From Pelomyxa schiedti (Eukaryota > Protista > Evosea), in contig JAHLWZ010000962.1 in assembly GCA_020536535.1 (NCBI GenBank), positions 1 through 37,667 of the forward strand: DNA of 37,667 nt, written 5' to 3'. The position numbers and the translations under genes were made by a program. Shown here one piece after another: positions 10,989-22,660 of the stretch (its first letter is position 1; each line of letters opens with the position of its first letter). The notes under the pieces were generated by a model that searched no databases, was not told the origin of the DNA, and saw nothing but the letters and a program-made list of their open reading frames with translations.

Positions 10989-13900
10989 ATGTCTCAGCTC
11001 ATGCCACCCGACGTAACCACGCGACAGACGAGGCCGCCAGCAGAAGGGGATGATTCTGCGAAAGCGGACAGCGTGGACTGCTTTGTAGTAGGGGACAAGA
11101 CCACTGTCGATACGGTTATGGGGGCGCTGGTTACGATACACGGAGCCACCAAGGCCGCCGCGGGGCCCGACAACGCAGCAGTGGTGGTTGTGTGGCGGTG
11201 CCGAGGCCCCGACGGCGCCGATCGGTCTATACTACTGCACCACGCCGATGATGGAGGCTCTGGACTGCCTGGCCAGAAAAAGTGTGTGTGTGTGTTTTTG
11301 TTTTTGTGTTTCCCTTTTTTTAAGCTTTTTTTAATGATATATTATATCACATATACAATAGAATTATATATATTACATTATATTTATTATTATTGCAGGA
11401 AAACAGTGGTGCTGATTGTGTATTCTACTTTGAGTGCGGAGTTGTTTGCTGTTCCAGGCATTCTTGATCACATCTTTTTGAGAAACCGTTTTGATTTTGT
11501 TCCCCTTACATTCCTTCTGGCTGACTGCACTGGTCTCAATCAAATGCCAACAACAGGCAATAAAGTTCACACAATGGACGCCCTCCGTTTTGGATTTTCT
11601 GTGTGACAATTCCTTTTTTTGTACTAAATCTAACACCCCAAAACAAAGCTGTGTGCATTTAAGTTGCTCAAATTCGATAACACAAGTGCCTTATCAGAGC
11701 TATTCTCTCATATTTGTGATGCCTCAGCAGAAGAGCCATTCAAATTCACAGAGCTCGCAGTTGATACACTTCGGGATTATAAGCCAATGCAGCAGGATGT
11801 ACCTGAACTTCCCATTCCCAAAGTTACAGAAATTTCCCATGCAACTCCACAAATGGCACACACAATCACACAATTCAACCTCCTTCATGCTCCTCATTTG
11901 TTCCATGACACAGTACAAACTATGTTTGACACCTGGATGGAAACAAAAAACTGGGCCGCAATCCAGGTGATACAACTTGTCCCAAGGTATGCCATGGAAC
12001 CAAGATGCCTTCATGCTTCATTGCATGACACTGTTCCTGATCAATTGAGGGGTTTCTCATGCCCCTTGCAATTGAGGTGTTTCAGTGTCAAAAGGTTTCC
12101 CAGGTGGACACTCGAAAACCCCAATGTTCTTCTGAACATGGACACACAGCACTTTAACAAAGACATAATCCCACACATTCCAGATTTCAGAAACGCGGCA
12201 GCCTTATCACCTGGGGCAGCACAAGTTGTTGTGAATTCATTCAGCAGGAACCAAAAGTTGACTCCAACAAACAGACGTAAACTTGTGCTTGTTGGTGACA
12301 GTGGTGTTGGCAAAACAACGTTGCTCAAGTGCATGATTCAGCTGAAGAAGGTGGTCACAATTCAAAAGATTGTTCCCACAGTTGGGATTGAAATGCACCA
12401 CAACTTGAGGTTCAAAAAAGGGAAGACTGGCTTCAAGTGGACTGTGTGGGACCTTGGTTCGTTGTTTCATCTCTTTCACTTTTCACTTTTGTTTAAGTTT
12501 TCGTTGTACCTTCTTTTACTTTTCGTATTCGTTTTGCAAACACTATCACTAACGTTTCAAACACACAAACACACGCAGGTTGTCACACACCATTCCATCA
12601 GTGTTACCTCGGCAGCAGGTCCATTTTCATTGTTGTGTTTGATGTCCGTGAAGCAGTTGCAATCAAACCACCACAGAGACCAAGACTGTATTATTGGTTG
12701 AACGAAATCGCTGTTGCTCAGAGCAGATTCATGAGAAGCTTCGAACAGGCACAGGTTTTACTTGTCGGCACACATGTGGAACCTACCTTGTTTGGTGATG
12801 CTGTTCAGCTGGTTAACACCATTTACAGTACAGAAATTCCAGTGGTTTACATTGCAGGGATTTTCTTGCTTGGATGCAAAGGGGAAGCATGGAGGTACAG
12901 TTCCACGAGCACAAATACCCAAGCCATCAACCATCCAGTTCAAGAGATTGTTGATATCTTGGAAAATCAGTCCCCATACATCTGTTTATCAGATGATGGA
13001 GTGCTGAAGAGTGTTCCACAAAGTTGGATGACAGTGAACAAAGAGCTGAAAAGGAAAAGAGAGAGAACCAGCAATGGTGGTCATCCTGGTCGTGGCAGTG
13101 GTGACATGAAGTGGTCACAGTTTGTTGCACTGGCCAATCAGTGTGGTGTTGGAAGGTACAAGTTTCCACAACAAGAGATTGAGATGTGTGCAAATTTCTT
13201 GTATGACATCGGCACCATCATTCACTTCAGGCACCCGTTCTTTCCCTTTTCAAGCAACAAATTGGCCATTTCACGAATGCATAAGATGGCTGATTGGGTG
13301 GTTCTTGATCTCAATTGGAAGATTGCAGCCATCCCTCCAGAACAAGTAATACTTCCCATACGTGCGTTGGAGACTGTCTCTGTGCCAGTGTATGAAGGTG
13401 AGGGGAGTTCATCAGCAATGGACGACGCACTTGCCAGGTTTGAAGCCATTGTAGAGCTGGACCAAGCCCCTCAAGATGAGAGGTTCTTCTCATTCTTTTC
13501 CTTTTCTGTCGAACATTCCGAGATATGTATCCCTCCTTTACACCACTTCTGGGATCGGTGTCGGGGCCTTTTCGGAACGGGCTGTAAGATACAAGGAAGG
13601 AAAATCACTTTTCCATTGTTACCACAGGAGGTTTTCTTCAAAGTCATGACGAAGATATTGAATTCACCTGATTTTACACCACAACTGGTGTGGCGGGACA
13701 TCCTCATTGTTTCCAGACCACTTCCTCCTGATGTCGGTGGTGGTGACGTTTTGTTTCTCATGAGCCGCGAAGGGAACACAGTTTCCATGTGCTTGCGCTC
13801 AGATCGGGAACATTCCCTACCATCCCTTACTTATCTCAAGGATTTGCATAACATACATGCTGGGTTGTGGAGAACCATACTTGACATCTTGGAGCAGTTC

Positions 13901-15308
13901 ACAGAAGCAATGTATTGTCAACAAAGGGCTTCTCCTTTTCCATGGGAGAACAAGGTTGAATCTTCACTGTTTTGCCCTCATTGCTTGCTGGATTTTGTTG
14001 TGGAGGTAGGTGGGAGGCTTATCATTGATGTCGCTCTCAAGAAACACCAAGTATCTGCATTTCCACGTCAATTTATCAATTGCAATCAACGCCAGTTTAT
14101 AAAAGCAATGCAAAAGGGTGAACAACAACTCCCCTGTGCTCGAGGATCAAAGGTGGTGGATCTTGTTGAAATTGCACCAGATCTGTTCCTTGGATTCACG
14201 CCTGGGGTTGCCAAAAACACTCTTACTGATGTTGAAACAGATGAGAGTGCTTACAACACCATGATGAAGTGCATCTCCGACGAGAACCTTATGCAATCCA
14301 TTCCACCCCATGACAACGTGGCACAGGTATCGTCTGTCCACTTTCAACCATCACCAGGAGTGGTCATGGAGCCTCCTTCAGTCCCCCATCCCGAATTGGT
14401 TCTTGGCAAATCCGTCATCAGTTTGGGGGAGTTGGTATCTCTTCTCATTGAGAAGGGGAACAACACAACAACAGAATTGGACCGTGTCATTCCGCACCGG
14501 CTGAGAGAAAAGATTCTGCTTGATGTTGCAGAGGGTTTGAATCACCTTCACAGCCAATCACCACCTGTTGTGCACAACGGTGTTCACCCAGGTTCCTCCT
14601 CTTCGACTTATTGTGTGAAATTAACTCTCTCACCTTTTTGCAATCCAGGTGGGATTCTTGTTTTCTCGTTGGATGAATCAGGCCCATGTGCAAAAGTTTT
14701 CCCCAAATACACCTTTTTATTGTGTACCAACAAAAGAACAGATAAGTCTCTCCAAAAACGCAAAGCGCCTGTTCCTTGGAACCACCAGAGGCATTGCCGG
14801 AAATCCTGATGTGAGTTTCCACGCACCAGAGGTTCTCTGCAAGACATTTTACAACACAAAAGCGGACATCTGGAGCTTTGGTGTGATGTGAATTCAAATC
14901 CACCAAAATAACCCGCGTCTCTCTCACAACAAACAACACAAACTAAAAGGCACACTTGTGTGGAAGCTTCACAACCCACTCTCCACGCTTTTTGGGCACC
15001 TCATGAACAACGTGCTTTACACTGAGACACAATACACATCCACGATGGGTGTGTATTCCACTGTTCTCAGCCCACAACAGATCGGCTGTGGACTCGTCAA
15101 TGGTCACATCAGAATGGAATCTGCCTTGTTCCATGATGGTGGGCACAACCGCTGCTGCTCCCATTCTCCCACAGTGATTACTCCCAGGTGGATACGCCAG
15201 GTGGTGTCTCTGTGTTGTGCCGTTGACCCTGCACTCAGGCCCACAATGACTGGTATACTCAAGGCATGGTCCTTCTTCAATCCTGGTGTTGTAGTAGACA
15301 CACTCTAG
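10989..15308 (+). CDS. ROCO-family protein (ROC GTPase, COR-like region, degenerate kinase), multi-exon
   Basis: ROC motifs KLVLVGDSGVGKTTL, TVGIE, WDLG and LVGTH. COR-like segments FLYDIGTIIHF, WVVLDLNW and CPHC. Kinase C-lobe LLDVAEGLNHLHSQSPPVVH, HAPEVL, KADIWSFG and DPALRPTM. Confidence 0.85.
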
Positions 15309-15385
15309 TTTTCGAATGTCTACTGTTTGTTGCCTATTTCAAACAACAACAAAAAAATTTTCCATTCGTTTTGTATTCACACAAA

Positions 15386-17691
15386 TCAAGCCCAGCAGAT
15401 TAACTTGAGCCAGGAGTTGTCAGACACCAGGGTGTTTGGGCCAGATCTCCAGCCCCCGGCCCCATTCAGCAACCAACTTAGCCGCCGGTCGCCATCATCC
15501 CCACAGCAGTCCGAGAAGCTCAGGCACACGCGACTTGTGGGAGCAAAGCCGAAGGCAACGCCCTCCACGAAGTACCAGTACGCCCCTCTGTGGCCCACAG
15601 CTACCTCCCGTGACGTAGTTCGCCGGCAAACGTCGGTTCGGCGGCCGACAGCCGCAAGTGACAGCACATCGCGGCCAATCTGCAATTGTGGGATTAATTA
15701 ACATAATAGCCGGAAATGCGTAAGATGGATTTGTTTTGTTTGCTTTTATGTTGTTGTTATTTATTGATTTGGTTGTTTGTTTTTTTGTTTAAGTAAAAAA
15801 AAAAAATAGCGAAAAAGAAAAAAAAAGTAAATAAATAAAGGTGTAGTATGTGGGGAGGGAAAGAACTGAAATGGAACCTGTTGGGATGCAACAAGAATCC
15901 AGTCACCTTTGCCGGGATCAATATGAGAGGGCTGAGTGATGTGGGGATATGGCTGCTTGTAGTGTACATTCCAGCCCTGAAGCACTGAAATTGGTGCGTT
16001 CATCATTATGCACTCTGGGGGGTTGGGAAGCAGGCTGGGAATAATAGCACGTTGGTTGTATAGTCCCTCTATGTGTGATGAAAGCTGCGATAGCTTCTGC
16101 GTGTGTTTCTCCTCGGATTGCTGTTGGGTTCTAATTAATTCCGTTACTTTCTGTTTGTAATCTGCTTCTAGCTGGTGGTTGTTGGCCTCCAGTTGATTGT
16201 ATTTTGCTCTCAGCTGCTGTAGTGCTTCCACCGATTGTATGTGCAGTGCCTCTGACTTCTTCATTGTGTCTTTGAGAGCTTCCATTTCAGAGTGGAATGT
16301 GCGAACTCTGTGGTTGTGGTTTTCTTCAATTTGCCGGAGTGTATCTTCCTTTTGCCGATTTGATTCTTCCAGTTTACTAAGTGCGGAACGCATCCTTGAA
16401 TTATCTTCAACCAGGGAATTAAGCACCGGTGTGACTTTGACAAGGATACAGGACCTCAGGTGAGAATCCAGATCACACCTTGGGCCAGTCCATGCGCAAA
16501 ACTGTGGTGCTGAACATTTAATATTGGTGCTTGTGCAAGTCGTGCTATTGTGTTGGTTCATATCCCTTGGCCGTACCTTTTGCCCACATCCATTTTGGCA
16601 AGCTGTAAAATTCATTAATAGTGATATTTGTTAAGGATTAGTTACGAATAGGACAATCCAACTGTTTGTGGGATAAATCCTTGATTGCTCTCCTCTGAAC
16701 CGCTTCACTGCAGGATGCACACGTGACGACTACATTAGGGCACTCTGTTTGTTCATGAACTGTTTGGTTTTCCGGTGATACCCTCACCCCACATTTCCTT
16801 GGGCATTCTGTAAAAAGTTTGCTCGAATGCGGAGTATAATATAGGCGTACCTACGGGACATCTAAAGATGTGTTCGTCAAGTAAGTCCCTCTTAACGTTG
16901 GCACTGCACACTGGACAGTGCACTTCTATTGCGGCCAGTTTGGCAAGCATACCTTTGGCTGTCAGTGGCTTAGTTTTGCCCTCAATTTCTTCATCACACA
17001 GAGGGCACTTTGATGCCTACCTCCCACGAATTAATATATGAAGTCAATGTACCGGGCATATAGAATTACTACATAACAACACCAACTGTTACTGCATTAC
17101 ACCAACTCGCTGTTACAACATTACATTATAGTATATACTATAATGGAGCTCTACTATACTGTACAGTGCAGTATTATCCATAGACACACCATCGGAGCAC
17201 AAGCGAGGCACAGCCACGCCGAGCAGGTGTGTACGAGGGGCACATTCGCAGGGGCCCCGCACACCACGCACGCCCACCTGCTGCCCCCTTCCCACGTGCC
17301 CCTGCTGCCCCCGCAGCCCCCGGTCGTCCCCCCACCATCCCCCCCCCCACCACCAGCTGCTGCTGCTGTACTTGAACCACGAGCCTCGGCGCGGCATGGC
17401 CGGGGGCGCCGGGGGCCCGCGAGGCGGCGCCGTGGGTGTGGGTGCTTGGGAGGGGGTGGCGCGGGAGATGGCGGGGAGGGCCGGGGAGGCCGAGAGGGAG
17501 AGGGGCGAGGGCGAGGCGCCCAGCGGGGACGAGGACGGCGACGGCGAGGGGGAGGGGGACGGGGACGGGGAGGGCCCGCCCGAGGCACTGCTCCCCGGGG
17601 TGATGGTGATGAGCGGGGAGGGCGACGTGCTCAGGCTGCTTCGGCTGCTGCGGCTGCTCTGCGAGGATGACGACGACGAAGACGCAGACAT
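15386..17691 (-). CDS. RING/TRAF-type zinc-finger protein with a coiled coil and an uncharacterised C-terminal domain, multi-exon
   Basis: Ser/Pro-rich N-terminus; RING-like CVVC...HTC...CLAC...CPLC; TRAF-type zinc fingers (HCPVC, HIFRCP, CQNGCG); coiled coil; last exon containing WYF...FGFAP...RLSW...GGWRSG. One frame junction near 17280-17370 is unresolved. Confidence 0.75.
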
Positions 17692-17846
17692 CTCTCTCGA
17701 TCGGACAACGAAACCCCTTTGCTGGTTTGCCCGGGCAGTTCGTTTTTCGACTTTCCCTTTCTTTCCAGAAAAACATTCCATTTAAAAAAAACCAAAAATC
17801 TTGTTGCCTTAGAATTGACAGTGTGGAGGAGGGAATCAAATTGCAT

Positions 17847-18741
17847 TCAAGAGCTGTTAGCAGACAAGAACTCCTTGATTCCAGTGGGTGACGGCTTAAT
17901 CTATTTGGGAATAAGTTAGTGTTTCAGAAAGTAGTGGTGTGATTTGAACTTACTGCTCTGGCACCAGGGTGCCAGTTTGCAGGGCACACATCACCATGCT
18001 CCTCAACAAATTGGAAGGCCTAGAAACCAAATTATCAGATAAAATTAAAATTGCGGTGATGGAAATACCTTTACAAGGCGAAGAGTCTCGTCAACAGAGC
18101 GGCCAACTGGAAGGTCATTGACAGTAATCTGACGAATATTCCCGCGCGGATCGATAATGAAGAGACCACTTGAATAAAGGTGAGATATTTTTTAGATAAT
18201 GTGGAGGAACTAACCGCAAAGCTACTCCGGCATTGGGACCCTCAGTGACAAGTACACCATAGTCGGCACTCATCTGTAACAAAAACGTAACTATAACTAT
18301 GTTTGCGCGTTTGGGGAACATGCCTTCTTATCCAAATCTGCTACAATGGGAATGTGCATTGGTCCAAGGCCACCATCTCGGCGGGCAGTATTGATCCACG
18401 CCAAGTGGGTGAACTGCAGTTTAACTTGTGTAAGACGCGGCTACTACAAAAAGGAAAAGAAAAACCTGAGAGTCAATGGAGCAAGCAACAACTTCGCAGT
18501 TTATTGCTTTGAATTGAGCAACACTCTCGCTGAAGGCAATAATTTCCGTAGGGCACACAAACGTGAAGTCTAGGCGAAAAAGTCAAACGGGCATAATAAG
18601 AATAATAAAAATACCAAGAGGATAGAAGAACAGGACGAGCCATTTTCCATTGTACTCAGCAGATGTGAGTGTCCTGATTGCCCCGTCAATAACAGCCTGC
18701 TTGGACCACGATGGTGCGGGTTTGTTTATAAGTGATGCCAT
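17847..18741 (-). CDS. Typical 2-Cys peroxiredoxin (AhpC/Prx1 family), 7 exons
   Basis: Spliced reading gives [10 protein letters not shown]...LFFYPL|[11 protein letters not shown]...HLAW...GLFIIDP...[16 protein letters not shown]...HGDVCPANW. The ORF track largely misses it. Confidence 0.95.
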
Positions 18742-18980
18742 TGCGTTTGGTTTTCAATAATAAGTTATTGGCAGTTTGTTGGTTGCTGGGTTTTTTTGTT
18801 TTTTTGTTGTATGCTGTTTATTGCTTATGTGTCTTGGTTTTTGTTTTTTGTTTGGATTTTTTACGTTTTGTGTCGCAATTCATTGGGTTTAAAAAGACCG
18901 CGTCTCTTCGGTGCCCTTTCGTCTAACACCTTTTATCATCACATGTTTTTACGTTTTTTTACTGTTAGGGGCTCAGAACA

Positions 18981-19236
18981 TTTTTCTCCGTGATGGATAC
19001 TCTCGATGAAGCTTCATCTCCTCAGTCCCTCAGCGAACCCAGAATGACTGACTGACTGTGCTTGGCCGTAGGGAAATCTGTCTCGCCCCAACGAGGGCAC
19101 GTACCTTCGGGCAGAGTCAGTCACTCCTAGGACAAAGTTCGTAAGGCGATAATTCTGGCACAATGAATGGCATTCTCCTTTCTTTGTGGAAAGAGTGTTT
19201 GGTTGCTCGCCCCCATCATCACGATTACGGGAAAAA
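18981..19236. ncRNA. Candidate structured non-coding RNA, family unidentified
   Basis: Nested inverted repeats in a GC-richer island between AT-rich flanks; see findings. Confidence 0.3.
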
Positions 19237-19385
19237 CGCTTCATCAAAAAAAAATGCAAGTTGGCTTCTAATACAAAACACATAGGACAAAGGCTATTGC
19301 GCCTCGCCCTATGTGAACTAGTTCTATTTTATTTTTTTGAAAAAAGTTGGTTCTTCCCATGAACCACCGCAACAATTAGGGTTGT

Positions 19386-20112
<727 letters not shown>

Positions 20113-20655
20113 CGTGAGGTGTCGCGGTGTGTTTGTTGTTGATTTTGAGTTTTCTGTTGTGTTTTCGGTACGATTTTTTTCTCTCTTTTAAACACAAGGA
20201 AGAAGTGCCTACGTTTGCATCCAAAAATACCTTTCATCAAGAAGTTCGCCCATGGGCGATCTCTCAGTCCTACCTACGTACTACGAGGCGAAATCCCCTT
20301 TTCGAGGGGATTTCTTTCTCCTCGCCCTTTTCGGCCTTGTGCTTTTGATTGTGCACTCGTTCGCGAATTGTCGATGTCCGCTCGACTTGTCGACGCCGTC
20401 GGGGTGGGAGAGGTGTCACGTCGAGGTGCACGTGGCAGGGCGGGGGCAGGCCGCGGTCCGCGGCGGGAGGTGCCCCCGGTCATGCGGCGGATCTGCTGGG
20501 CCATGGGCCTGCCCGACCCTGACGACGGCGAAGGGGGTCTATCTGCCATCGGAAAAAAATCCAAGCTTGCATAGATGTGGTATTGAAGAAAGACGGAAAT
20601 CCTTTGTTGGCATGGAGACTGAAAGTATGGAAGTATTTTACCTATTGTTTTGATT

Positions 20656-21807
20656 TCAAATGAGGAATGTGTCGTTATTGACACAGTAAAGTGAGAAGTG
20701 GCAATTCACAGTCAAGGTGAAGATGATTACACCAGAAGAGGGGTCCACCAAATAAACCTTGTTTTCATTCTCAACAACAAGGAAATCACCTGCATCCCTT
20801 AGAGCGTTGACAGTATCCAAACGAGGTAGCTCAATGACAATTGGCTCTGAGGGGCAAGTGAGGAAGTTCCATGCCTCCAATTTGTTTCCAGTTACTTGCC
20901 TCTGTGCAACAACAAAGTGGTGCATTACAGTATGATTCTTTGTTGGCATCTTGAATAGTACTCTTGTTGTACCATCGAGCAACAATTCATACATTGCCTC
21001 GCTTGTCTCTAGCATAAGCCTCTTGCAATCCCAGAAAAGGTAACTGCCTGTATAATGTATAACTAATTCCGGCGGTACAGTAACCTTCACAGTGTCAACA
21101 GGAACCATCACACCACTCTCAAATGCACTCTCCGCATCAATCAAGTGGCAGATGAACGTGATAAGCACACCGTCACAAACTACTTCATCAGTAACACAGA
21201 AATGCAGGCCATCAACAAATCCCTGGAAATTCCACTCTCCCTCCTCAGCACACCTCAGTTTCCTTGGTTCTGACACACTCAAACAAGAAGTACTATTATT
21301 GAGCTTCCACAATCTCCACCCAGAGGTATCAATAATCCAGGGATTCTTGCAGACCAGGGAATAAAGCTCTACTTTCCCATGTGCTCCAGGAATAGACACT
21401 GAGGAACCTGTCTCGACATCAGTAACAGTCACTCTGCTCTTGACTTGACCCACAATTCCGTGGCATTCGATGTAGTGCGTGGTATCGATCCACACGACGT
21501 CGCCGATGTCGTGTTGCGTGAATCCTTTTGTTGATGTTGTAGTGGTTGATGTGACGCCAAGTGTGTCCAGTGAGACTCCCACAATGACACTGGAGTTGGC
21601 CTCGTCGCTCGAGATCACCACGCGGCCGCGTGACCACCCGTCGACCATCGCCATCAAGAGGGGAACATTATGGGACGTGAGGACGGAAGCGGGGCTGTTT
21701 CGGCCGCAGCGATGGTGCGACGACATCATCAGCGCTAGTATCTGCTCCTTGAAAACAACGAGAGGTTCCAGAACCCACTCAACTCGTGAGCCCTCCCCGT
21801 CACCCAT
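20656..21807 (-). CDS. SSHARCG-motif family protein, copy 6 (subfamily A)
   Basis: FKEQILALMMSSHHRCG, VCKNPWII and FICHLIDAESAFESGVMVPV. Confidence 0.87.
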   Translation of the reverse strand: MGDGEGSRVEWVLEPLVVFKEQILALMMSSHHRCGRNSPASVLTSHNVPLLMAMVDGWSRGRVVISSDEANSSVIVGVSLDTLGVTSTTTTSTKGFTQHDIGDVVWIDTTHYIECHGIVGQVKSRVTVTDVETGSSVSIPGAHGKVELYSLVCKNPWIIDTSGWRLWKLNNSTSCLSVSEPRKLRCAEEGEWNFQGFVDGLHFCVTDEVVCDGVLITFICHLIDAESAFESGVMVPVDTVKVTVPPELVIHYTGSYLFWDCKRLMLETSEAMYELLLDGTTRVLFKMPTKNHTVMHHFVVAQRQVTGNKLEAWNFLTCPSEPIVIELPRLDTVNALRDAGDFLVVENENKVYLVDPSSGVIIFTLTVNCHFSLYCVNNDTFLI

Positions 21808-22511
21808 TTTCTTTTTTTCGGTGATGTTAGGAGACAGCTGAACATGAATAATCAACAGACCGGAACGCTGGACTTTTCGTTATCGTCGCTCAGGATCGGC
21901 GGTCTGGTTTTTTTTATTCAGCCATGTGTTTACTTGCTCTTTTGTCTGGATAATTTGTTGCAGATGATTGGCAGAATAGATTAGTTCAAAAATAAAAAAT
22001 CCACCCAAAACCAAAGGCAGTGTGTTACAACATTATCATCACCAAAGTTATCACTACTTGTGATCGACGAACTTCAGTCGTTGTTTACTTTGAATTTCCA
22101 ACTGTGTGTAACGATCAGGATGTGTGTACAGACACAGCAATTCCCGCCAGGCAAGTGGCAATGCGCGCTGTCAAGTCATTGTAAGCACCAGGTGCTGTGG
22201 TGGTTGCAGACAGGGTGCCCGACGACGTTGTGCTTGTTGCTGTCGTTGGGTTTGTTGTTGCGTGTGTGGAGCTTGCTGTTGTGAACACGATCTCCGCACA
22301 AGTTCCCGGCCGGTTTATCTCTGTCCACTGAACAAATACACGCACCATCGCCTCGGAGATGGCCTGGTGCCAACGGTCCCGTGACGTACTAAGCGTGTTA
22401 CGGCGTCGTTGTTTAATTCTTCTTCCCAAAAAGCCAACTTCGCATAAGTTGAAAATTTCACGGACCATTTGTCTCTCCACTGAAAAATAGCACAGAGGAC
22501 GTGGTCGTCAA

Positions 22512-22584
22512 GGCTTCATGGCTTAGTTGGCAAAGCGTCGCTCTCGTAAAGCGAAGATCGCGGGTTCGATTCCCACTGGAGCCT
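22512..22584 (+). tRNA. tRNA-Thr(CGT)
   Basis: Acceptor GGCTTCA/TGGAGCC, anticodon arm TCGCT-CT CGT AA-AGCGA, T-loop TTCGATT and a downstream T-tract. Confidence 0.93.
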
Positions 22585-22660
22585 TAATTTTTGTTTTTCA
22601 ACTGCCAGCATTTCTGTCGTCCCGTGTGTCCCTTCGTAGTAAAAAGAATGAGGGTTTTTG

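Noticed and set aside
11280-11398. Hydrophobic Tyr/Ile-rich segment in the ORF track suggesting a transmembrane region
   Set aside because: It is an AT-rich GT-AG intron of the ROCO gene read through in frame.
18995-19035. Hammerhead-like core on the minus strand (CUGAGGA-stem-GAGA)
   Set aside because: The conserved GAAA reads GAGA, and I found no partner that forms both stems I and III with a valid cleavage triplet.
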